Source: Candidatus Beckwithbacteria bacterium
Lineage (GTDB): Bacteria > Patescibacteriota > Microgenomatia > UBA1400 > CG1-02-47-37
Length of the DNA stretch: 64,000 nucleotides
Assembly (NCBI GenBank): GCA_026397255.1
Contig: JAPLVF010000013.1
Location: 9,481-73,480 of the forward strand
Direction of reading: 5' to 3'
Shown piece after piece: positions 56,752 through 64,000 of this stretch (position 1 is its first letter; each line of letters begins with the position of its first letter). Below the pieces are notes generated by a model, which saw nothing but the letters and a program-made list of their open reading frames with translations, did not search any database and was not told the origin of the DNA. Made by a program: the position numbers and the translations under genes.

Positions 56752-57526
56752 CGAGTTTTTGATATTTTTTCGCCATGGACTCCGACTGCTGTTTTTCCCA
56801 AAGTTTGGCGTAAGTGATAAACGTATCAAAGGTTTGGTACAAAACGGTAATAAACCCCTCCATGCCTTCAAATAAGCCGCCTTTGGCAATTCCCCGCTGC
56901 CAAAACTGCCTCATTGGCGCAGTCAGTGAATGCCACCAGCGGCAGCGGAAAGTGTGTGCCTCCGCCATCAGCTCGGCCACATGATCGGTGTAGTCAATAG
57001 TTTTCCTAAGATTCCAGTTTATCCCCCGGTGGGTCAGGTGAATAAACGGTTGATTAAGACGGCCTGTTTCCCCAGTCAGCTGCGGATACTCGTGGATCCG
57101 GCCCACCCATTTTTTAAATTTGGTTTTATTAATCAGCCGGGTCTGCCAATCGGGATACCAACCGCCTTTTTTCAGCCACTTACCCAAAATAAAGTTTTTC
57201 CGCTTAACTTGAAAGCCCGCCTCCGGCGATGAGGCAGACAAATGATTGATTTCCTGTTTTAATTCCTCGGTCATCCGCTCGTCGGCGTCCAAATAAAACA
57301 TCCAGTCATTTAAAACCTTTTGCGCTCCTAAAGTCCGTTGCCGGCTAAAACCCAACCAGGGCTGGTTAAAAATCCGGCAGCCGAATTTTTTGGCAATCTC
57401 CAAAGTTTTATCAGTACTCCCGGCATCAACCACCACAATTTCTTTGGCCCAACCGCTGACTGATTCCAGACATTTAGCAATAAAGTCCTGATTATTCTGG
57501 GTTAAGATAATGACGCTGACTTTCAT
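56741..57526 (-). CDS. glycosyltransferase family 2
   Basis: MKVSVIILTQNN...VDAGSTDKT...YLDADE. Confidence 0.75.
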   Translation of the reverse strand: MKVSVIILTQNNQDFIAKCLESVSGWAKEIVVVDAGSTDKTLEIAKKFGCRIFNQPWLGFSRQRTLGAQKVLNDWMFYLDADERMTEELKQEINHLSASSPEAGFQVKRKNFILGKWLKKGGWYPDWQTRLINKTKFKKWVGRIHEYPQLTGETGRLNQPFIHLTHRGINWNLRKTIDYTDHVAELMAEAHTFRCRWWHSLTAPMRQFWQRGIAKGGLFEGMEGFITVLYQTFDTFITYAKLWEKQQSESMAKKYQKLDGR

Positions 57527-58431
57527 AGAACGCTACCTTTCCCTAAACGGTGTAAATAAAAATCAAGGACGCCTTTTTTTTCACCGGGCCGGCCGTTTAA
57601 TAATTGTTTAAGACTTTGCCTAAGAAGGGCAAATTTTGTCCTTAAGCTGGCGTACTTAAAGCCGAACACCAGTCGATTCCGGGTAATGTAATAGTCGTGT
57701 AACTGTGAACCGGAGCCGGAACTGCCGGAGCTTTTGTGCCAAATCCGGCTTTGAGGGACAAATACTTGCCTGAAACCGGCAAGTTGCGCCCGGTGGGAAA
57801 AATCGGCATCCTCCCAATAAAGAAAGTAGGCCGGGTCGAGCAAGCCGATCTTAACAAACACCTCTTTTTTGATTAAGACACAGCAAAAATTAACAAAGTC
57901 GACTATTTTAGCTTGGTTATACTGGCCGGTATCGACTTTATCAACACCCAAATGACGGCCGAAAACTTCGTTCCAGTCAAATCGGCCGCCGGCATACCAA
58001 ATTACTTTCCCCAGCTCATCCGGCTGATAACGGTCTTTATGATACTCATAACCTTTGGCAAAGTAGACTTTGGATACGGCTAAGTCTGCTCCGCCTTGGG
58101 CGGCTTTAAATAACTGAACCAGAAATTGCCGGTCAACAATAATATCGTTATTGATCAGTAAAAAGTATTTTGCCCCCCATTTTAGGCCGCGCTGGATACC
58201 AAGGTTATTGCCGTCGGCAAAGCCGGTGTTCTGTAAGGCAGTAATCAATTTAACGTCTTTATATTTTTTCAAGGCTTTTTTTAAGGAACCGTCGGGCACC
58301 GGACTGTTATCGACCACCACAATCAGTTGCTTAACGCTTTTGGGAAGAACCGCTTGCCTGAGCGAGTCGATCGTTTCCAAAGTCATCTGGGGATTCTGGT
58401 ATTCCAAAATCACCGTGCAAAGTTTAGTCAT
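57523..58431 (-). CDS. glycosyltransferase family 2
   Basis: LCTVILEYQNPQMT...VVVDNSP GT2-like N-terminus, and a DxD-type segment WEDADFSHRAQ. Confidence 0.7.
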   Translation of the reverse strand: MTKLCTVILEYQNPQMTLETIDSLRQAVLPKSVKQLIVVVDNSPVPDGSLKKALKKYKDVKLITALQNTGFADGNNLGIQRGLKWGAKYFLLINNDIIVDRQFLVQLFKAAQGGADLAVSKVYFAKGYEYHKDRYQPDELGKVIWYAGGRFDWNEVFGRHLGVDKVDTGQYNQAKIVDFVNFCCVLIKKEVFVKIGLLDPAYFLYWEDADFSHRAQLAGFRQVFVPQSRIWHKSSGSSGSGSQLHDYYITRNRLVFGFKYASLRTKFALLRQSLKQLLNGRPGEKKGVLDFYLHRLGKGSVL

Positions 58432-59885
58432 GAATGCTTAATTATACTCCACAGCCAGTTAATATCGACGTTTAAGCGTCTCCTGTCAAAAGCAAATAAA
58501 AAGACTAAATAAATCAAGCCGCCAGAAATTCCCACCAGGAATAAACTGATTAAATTAGTGGCCAAAAAGCTTAGCTTAAACGCCAGCAGTCCGGCTATGG
58601 CGCTGGCTAAAAATGCCGGCCAAGAATGGCGGATTACTTCAACTTTGACGATTTTTCTGATGTAGTACCAAGTCAGCGGTAAAGAAACGTACAACACAAT
58701 CACCGAGCCGATCATCGCTCCGTTAAAACCAAAAAGATAAACCAAGGGAATACTGGCGCCCCAATTAACCAAAGTATAAATAATTAACAGTTTGACGGCG
58801 ATTTTGGTTCTGCCTAAAGCCCAGAAAGCATCCATAAAGGTATTGGTAATGCCGACGATAATAATCCCCAAAAGATGGATGTAAAATGCCGGCAGGGCCG
58901 GCAGCCACTTGTCAGTAAAAATAATCGTCACAATCGGCCGGGCCAAAGCCGCCAGTAAAAAGCTGGTCGGAAATAAAAATAAATTGGTAAAGCGGATGGT
59001 TTTTTCGATGGCTTTTTTTAACACTTCTTTGTTTCCCTGAATCCGTGAATAAGTGGGAAAAGTCACCCGGAAAATATCACTCATAAAAAGAATCGGCAGT
59101 TTGCTAAAAGTGAGCGCCCAGTTTAAGTAGCCGACAGCCGCCGCGCCGGAAACAGCGCCGACGAAAATCGGCATGACGGCATCTTTAATCGTGGCAATAA
59201 AACCGTTCAAGTTGTAAGGAATACCAAAACTAACCAAACGCCTGGCAATCGCTTTATCCCAGGCAAAACTGATCCGCCAAGGTGACAGCCAGAATAAAAC
59301 GATTGCCCCCAAAAAACTTCTGACCAATAAGGCCAAAATAAAACTCCAAACACCTAAACCCATATAAGCCAGAGTGACGGCAATGATTTGAAACGAGATG
59401 ACTTCGACTACTTCCGGCCAGATTAAGCGTTTAAATTGGAGTTTGCGTTCCAAGAGGATCGAGGGAATGGTTTTTAGGGAAGTCAAAAACAAGGACAGGG
59501 AAAACACCCGAAATAACCAAATTCCCTGCATCCCCAGCTGGTATTTATTGGCAAAAAACGGCGCCGTCAACCAAATTAAAGCAGTCACCGTCACTACCAG
59601 AATTTGCTGTAAAGTAAAAGTAACACTTAAGTCTTTCGGGCTTAACTTGTCTTTTTTTTGAATCAAGGCCGCACCCAAGCCCACGTCCGAGAAAAAACCA
59701 AAAAAAGTAATGATAAAACTGACGATGGCAAAAATGCCGAAAATCTCCGGCATTAAAAGCCGGGCCAAAATAATGCTGCCCAAATAGCTGATTGCTTTAA
59801 GCAAAAATTTTCTGATGGTCAGGACCATCACCCCGGAAACGGCGCGCTGACTGATTTCGTCTAAATTAAGGTCTGGTTCGAACAT
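58428..59885 (-). CDS. Wzx-like oligosaccharide flippase (MOP superfamily polysaccharide biosynthesis protein)
   Basis: 485 aa, about 12-14 TM helices. Its architecture and position at the head of a GT2/GT4 run are typical of Wzx. Confidence 0.65.
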   Translation of the reverse strand: MFEPDLNLDEISQRAVSGVMVLTIRKFLLKAISYLGSIILARLLMPEIFGIFAIVSFIITFFGFFSDVGLGAALIQKKDKLSPKDLSVTFTLQQILVVTVTALIWLTAPFFANKYQLGMQGIWLFRVFSLSLFLTSLKTIPSILLERKLQFKRLIWPEVVEVISFQIIAVTLAYMGLGVWSFILALLVRSFLGAIVLFWLSPWRISFAWDKAIARRLVSFGIPYNLNGFIATIKDAVMPIFVGAVSGAAAVGYLNWALTFSKLPILFMSDIFRVTFPTYSRIQGNKEVLKKAIEKTIRFTNLFLFPTSFLLAALARPIVTIIFTDKWLPALPAFYIHLLGIIIVGITNTFMDAFWALGRTKIAVKLLIIYTLVNWGASIPLVYLFGFNGAMIGSVIVLYVSLPLTWYYIRKIVKVEVIRHSWPAFLASAIAGLLAFKLSFLATNLISLFLVGISGGLIYLVFLFAFDRRRLNVDINWLWSIIKHS

Positions 59886-61317
59886 AAAAAATGAGTCCTA
59901 TCCAACTTAATAAACTGATTATATCTGACCAGAACTGGAGGGGTGTTTTAGTTAGTTTAATTTCTGCTCCGGCGCCGGCGATCAGCCCGGTTTCTGCATC
60001 CAATTGGGCAGCAACCCATTGACCAGCCGTTTTCACTTGCCAACCGGGGAAGTAGAACTGATTGAAAGGACCATTAATATCCCGTGGCTGGGTTGGTTTT
60101 TTAGCGGTTTTAGGTAAATAATCGGCTAAAATGTCGCTCATTTGCAAAGCAATCAACTGCCGGTCGGTATAGTAATAGTCATTAACCGGAGAGAATTTTT
60201 CCGGCCGGAAATACTGCCAATTTAAGGCGATAATTAAGACAATCAACACCAGCGCGGCAAATTTATTTTTAATCCAGTAAAACAGGGAGCCGGAGAAAAA
60301 CGCCACAAAAGTCGCGGCAAAAGCTAACAGCCGCCACGGGAATTGGGCCAGGGCCAAAATCGGCAGCCGATCCCAAATAAACTGGCTATGAAACGTCATC
60401 ATAAAAACTGCCAGGCCCAAACCGACAAAAACGTAAAGCAAGCGGCGCCACAGAAACACGGCCGGTAAAATTAACAATAGCTGCGGCCAACCCAGCTGAA
60501 AAGAAATATTGTCTTCCAAACCAAAGATCGAGCCGCCATACCCCCAGGATCTCTCCCATAATTGCCTGAGATAAATAAAATGCAAAGAATAATGCGAATA
60601 ACCGCCGGTCAGGCTGTTAACCACAGTTAAATCTTTTTCAAAAAAGGCCGGGATAATGAACCAGGCGGTTAAAACCAGGGTCAAACCAGAGACTATCAGC
60701 CAGCGGCGCCAGTATTTTAAATTAAACAGGAAATACAGCCCAAAAAAACCTAAAGAAAATAAGGCAATAACATTGTGAGATAAAAATATTGCCGACCAAG
60801 CTAACGACGCCAGCACGACTTTTTTCTTTTGGCTAGCATAAAAAAATAAAGGGATAAAGGTCATGGCCGTTAATTCTGCCAGCGAACCGCGGACATAAAA
60901 CTGAACTGCCCGGTAGGGCAGATAAACAAAAGCGGCGGCGCTAACCAGACCACCCAGTTTTCCCCACCGGTCTTTGGCCCAAAGATACATAAAATAAAAC
61001 CCCAATAGATAATTCAAGGCAAAAACAGCTTTAATCGCCCAAACTGCCGGCAGTTTAATTAAATAAAGTAATTCGGCTAAATAGTATGGTAAAGGGCCGT
61101 AAAAATGAAATAAAGGCATGCCGTAACCCCAACCGAAATCGATCGCCCAGCGGGACGGAAATTGGCCGGCTTTTAAAGCTAAGTCCAGTTCGACCAAGCG
61201 GGCCACGTGGGTAAAATCGTGCATCTGGAAAAAATCAGAACGGAATAACGGCCAAAGAGTCGGTAAAACCAAGATCAAGCCGATGAATAAAAGCCAATGA
61301 TTTTTAATGAACTTCAT
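59866..61317 (-). CDS. polytopic membrane protein, candidate GT-C (archaeal-type membrane-protein family with FxMHD loop)
   Basis: LFRSDFFQMHDFTHVARLVELDLALKAGQFPSRWAIDFGWGYGMPLFHFYGPLPYY first loop. Confidence 0.45.
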   Translation of the reverse strand: MKFIKNHWLLFIGLILVLPTLWPLFRSDFFQMHDFTHVARLVELDLALKAGQFPSRWAIDFGWGYGMPLFHFYGPLPYYLAELLYLIKLPAVWAIKAVFALNYLLGFYFMYLWAKDRWGKLGGLVSAAAFVYLPYRAVQFYVRGSLAELTAMTFIPLFFYASQKKKVVLASLAWSAIFLSHNVIALFSLGFFGLYFLFNLKYWRRWLIVSGLTLVLTAWFIIPAFFEKDLTVVNSLTGGYSHYSLHFIYLRQLWERSWGYGGSIFGLEDNISFQLGWPQLLLILPAVFLWRRLLYVFVGLGLAVFMMTFHSQFIWDRLPILALAQFPWRLLAFAATFVAFFSGSLFYWIKNKFAALVLIVLIIALNWQYFRPEKFSPVNDYYYTDRQLIALQMSDILADYLPKTAKKPTQPRDINGPFNQFYFPGWQVKTAGQWVAAQLDAETGLIAGAGAEIKLTKTPLQFWSDIISLLSWIGLIFYVRTRP

Positions 61318-62722
61318 AGAACATTAGTTTCTCTCCCCCTGGTCTTGGATATTCACTAATTAATTTCAGTCTTTGAATATCACTTAGATTATATCGGTGG
61401 AAATTAACTACAAGATAAACTTTTTTCCCGGCAGCTAAAGCTTGCTCCATTCCCGGACTGACGGTTTTACTAGGGAAACCGACCCCTAAAATCTGAACAT
61501 TGGAAGAGTGATTAAAATATATTTCCAAACCGTTAGGCAAGGTGCCGAAAGAACCTTCGGTGGCGACAACGACAGATTGATCTTTAGGCAGATTATTTAA
61601 ATAGTTTCTGATTTCTTTCAAACCATAACCCGATGACCATTCTTCTAAATATTGCCCTCTTTCCCAAGGATCAAGCGGCGCTTTAATCGGATTAGTTAAT
61701 AATAACCAATCAAATCTTAACCAGTAAAAAAGAAATAGAATTCCTAACAGCCAAACAAATTTATTAAATTTAGTAATTCCCCAACTGCAGATAATTAAAA
61801 GAAACGGAACAATCGGCAGCAAATAACGGGGGTAAATAATTTTGCCGATACTAATTTGGACTAAAACCGGAAGCAGCGACCAAACAAATAGGATAACGGT
61901 TATTTTTGTTTTATTTTTGATCGCCAAAAGCAGACTAATAATTATCAAAACAAGGGCTGGCCAGGAGAAATAACTCACCAGCCAGGAGAAAAAAACCTGA
62001 GCCGTCGGTAAAAAATATTGAAATAAGTGCTGAAGAATCTCCTGACGGCTGCGTAAATAATCAGCGCTGCGGGAACTGATTAAAGGAAAGGAACCGGACA
62101 AACGGAGACAGTTGTATAAACCGAGAGAAATCAGAATAGCAAGGATACCCGGTTTAATAAACGATTTGATTTTTTTAAACGGGAAAAGCAGGACTAAAGC
62201 AACGTTGAGAAGCAAAAATAATAAACCGGAGGGTTTGGTTAATAAAACCATCCCGGCCAATAAACCCAAAATTGCTCCTAGTTTGAGCGAAGGCCGGTTA
62301 AATAACTGATAAGTAACATAAAACGACCAAAGCGTTAAAGCCGTTAATAAACTATCGGTCAGACTGATTCGGTCGTAAAAAAGCAAAAAGGGGCTAATAA
62401 TTACCAGAAGACTGCTGATGACGGCGATTTTAAGGGAAAACAATTTTTTGGCTAAAAAATAAACGCCCAGTAAAGTGGCTAAACCGGAAGCAACGGACAG
62501 TAAACGGCCGGCGAGCAACGGATCTTTAATAACCCACAAAAGCGGCGCCAACAGCCACATAAATAAAGGGGTTTTGCCGTCGGAAAGCGGAACAAAAAGA
62601 TGTCCTTGATTAATCAGCTGTGTCCACCGGATATAAATTGCCTCGTCGGCAAAGATGGGCAAAAGCGTTAAATTAACCAGCCGGCTAATCAAGAAAACAA
62701 CAATCAGGATTCCTAAAGCCAT
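61304..62722 (-). CDS. ArnT/PMT_2-like GT-C glycosyltransferase
   Basis: PIFADEAIYIRWTQLINQGHLFVPLSDGKTPLFMW, the ArnT-like DE(A/G)xY loop motif. Confidence 0.6.
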   Translation of the reverse strand: MALGILIVVFLISRLVNLTLLPIFADEAIYIRWTQLINQGHLFVPLSDGKTPLFMWLLAPLLWVIKDPLLAGRLLSVASGLATLLGVYFLAKKLFSLKIAVISSLLVIISPFLLFYDRISLTDSLLTALTLWSFYVTYQLFNRPSLKLGAILGLLAGMVLLTKPSGLLFLLLNVALVLLFPFKKIKSFIKPGILAILISLGLYNCLRLSGSFPLISSRSADYLRSRQEILQHLFQYFLPTAQVFFSWLVSYFSWPALVLIIISLLLAIKNKTKITVILFVWSLLPVLVQISIGKIIYPRYLLPIVPFLLIICSWGITKFNKFVWLLGILFLFYWLRFDWLLLTNPIKAPLDPWERGQYLEEWSSGYGLKEIRNYLNNLPKDQSVVVATEGSFGTLPNGLEIYFNHSSNVQILGVGFPSKTVSPGMEQALAAGKKVYLVVNFHRYNLSDIQRLKLISEYPRPGGEKLMFYEVH

Positions 62723-62726
62723 TCTC

Positions 62727-63827
62727 TTATTTTACCATTTTCCGCTTGATGAATGGGGTAAAAAAGATTGAGCCAAGCCAAATCAGGTTTCTGAGTAAAT
62801 ATACCGGCGGATCCCAGTGGCCGAAATAAAGATAAGGAGCGTAGCGCAGGAGCGCACCGATGGTCAAAGCCGTAAAAATACTGATTACCCATTTGGATTT
62901 AGCGAGAACTGCAAAAGAAAAAGCCCAAATCAAATACCAGGAATGAAGCTGACCCGGCCGCGTCAGCATCACCCCGAGCAAGATTACAGAAAAAAGTGTT
63001 GGTAAATCAATCCGTTTTGCCTTCAAGGAGAGAACCTGTAGGTAATAAAACGGCAGCAGTAAAATCGTGACGTATTTTATCGAAGCGGAAAAAATTAACA
63101 ATATAATTGATTTAAACTTGTTTGAGTTTAAGAAAAACCAGTAGCTTAACAAGGCCGAAAACATCATCACGACGTCATTATGTCCGACGATTAAAGTTTC
63201 GATTAAGACTAAGGGGCAGAAAGCAAATAAACTCCAACGCCATGGCTCATGAGGAAAAAGCCGATTGACTAATTTCTTTAAAATCCATAACTGCCCGAGC
63301 CAAAACAAAGCAACAAATAATTTCATTGTCCAAAAAGTCAAAGTAAAATTGTGGCTAAACCAAACTAGACCCGGCAAGAGGGAAATCCCCGTCCAGCCAT
63401 AGGCATAAGGCGCCGGCGTCTGAACGTTGTGCATGAAGCGAAGCAGCGGATCAAAGGCAAATTCAATCGCAGTTTTAATATGAGGGTTAACATGATAAAT
63501 AATCACCATTTTGGCATTAAAAAGATAATTGAAAACATCATAGGAAAAAAGCGGATAGGCTAAAACGCCAGAAAGAGTTAAAAATATTAAAACATTCCAC
63601 TCCGGAGTGGAATGTTTTTTACGAATATAATTAAGATAAATAATAATTAACAATAGGCTTAAAACTAAAAAAATTACCGTGTTTAAAGGCCGTTGATAAA
63701 ATCCTAAATGTTGTATCCAAATCCTAATCGGGTTCCACCAAGAAAAATTATAAAGCGTTAAATTTAAATCCTGCTGGCTGAAAGAAAACAAGCAAAGCAA
63801 TATCCAAACAAACAAAAATTTAATCAT
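62727..63827 (-). CDS. polytopic membrane protein
   Basis: 366 aa, about 10 TM helices. Start overlaps the stop of the partial GT2 upstream by 8 nt. Confidence 0.5.
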   Translation of the reverse strand: MIKFLFVWILLCLFSFSQQDLNLTLYNFSWWNPIRIWIQHLGFYQRPLNTVIFLVLSLLLIIIYLNYIRKKHSTPEWNVLIFLTLSGVLAYPLFSYDVFNYLFNAKMVIIYHVNPHIKTAIEFAFDPLLRFMHNVQTPAPYAYGWTGISLLPGLVWFSHNFTLTFWTMKLFVALFWLGQLWILKKLVNRLFPHEPWRWSLFAFCPLVLIETLIVGHNDVVMMFSALLSYWFFLNSNKFKSIILLIFSASIKYVTILLLPFYYLQVLSLKAKRIDLPTLFSVILLGVMLTRPGQLHSWYLIWAFSFAVLAKSKWVISIFTALTIGALLRYAPYLYFGHWDPPVYLLRNLIWLGSIFFTPFIKRKMVK

Positions 63828-64000
63828 ATAATCTAATTTTTAAGACATGCCAAAACATTCTGATCGAATCACGGAAAGGACTGACTCTGGTAGTGGCGGC
63901 GTGTGTCCAAACAATCGGGACTTCGGCAATTTTAATACCACTTTTCCCGGCCAAATATAAAAGTTCGACATCAAAAGCACCGGTGAAAGCATATTTTTCC
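63820..64000 (-). CDS. partial (C-terminal 60 aa) GT2 polyprenol-phosphate sugar synthase, truncated by the window edge
   Basis: Minus-strand translation EKYAFTGAFDVELLYLAGKSGIKIAEVPIVWTHAATTRVSPFRDSIRMFWHVLKI resembles the C-terminal region of DPM1/GtrB-like enzymes. Confidence 0.5.
   Translation of the reverse strand, partial: EKYAFTGAFDVELLYLAGKSGIKIAEVPIVWTHAATTRVSPFRDSIRMFWHVLKIRLYD

Noticed and set aside
1-64000. Looked for CRISPR arrays, rRNA, IS/transposase, integrase and phage structural genes.
   Set aside because: No regularly spaced direct repeats, and no recombinase, integrase or capsid-like ORFs recognisable. The only repeats are the two boundary-repeat sets and the GGTCNGACC palindromes.

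Overview
Low-GC (~40%) window that looks like a Candidate Phyla Radiation / Patescibacteria-type bacterial genome and is dominated by a very large cell-surface glycosylation locus. Family assignments are by remembered motifs only; no searches were run. The locus holds about 8 GT4 and 10 GT2 glycosyltransferases (four of the GT2s, plus a partial one at the right edge, are DPM1/GtrB-like polyprenol-phosphate sugar synthases), 3 NAD-dependent epimerase/dehydratases, 4-5 class I SAM methyltransferases, a radical-SAM/SPASM enzyme, a Wzx-like flippase, a DUF2304 protein, and an apparently complete GDP-D-glycero-alpha-D-manno-heptose pathway (GmhA, a fused HddA-GmhB protein, HddC). About 18 polytopic membrane proteins of presumed GT-C type are present (PMT/ArnT-like with DE-type loop motifs, YfhO, DUF2079, DUF2029-like). 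Thirteen of them lie consecutively between 30.7 and 50.3 kb. A roughly 10 kb accessory island (about 7.7-18.0 kb) interrupts the locus and no integrase is seen. The island is built from small cassettes bounded by two different sets of short boundary repeats. One set is a ~30 bp motif present three times. The other is the promoter and 5' end of the epimerase gene at 17996, duplicated four times, twice as truncated MKKxMVTGSxGFI pseudo-starts. Cassettes include a VanW-like protein with an L,D-transpeptidase, a PolB-like 3'-5' exonuclease, a low-GC candidate type II R-M pair (beta-class DPPY methylase), an HTH-XRE plus ImmA/IrrE metallopeptidase pair (CapH/CapP-like) divergent from an unknown two-gene payload, a frameshifted thermonuclease remnant, a second unknown two-gene module, and a DUF3800 gene followed by a structured RNA-like element. 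No CRISPR array, rRNA, or convincing tRNA was seen.
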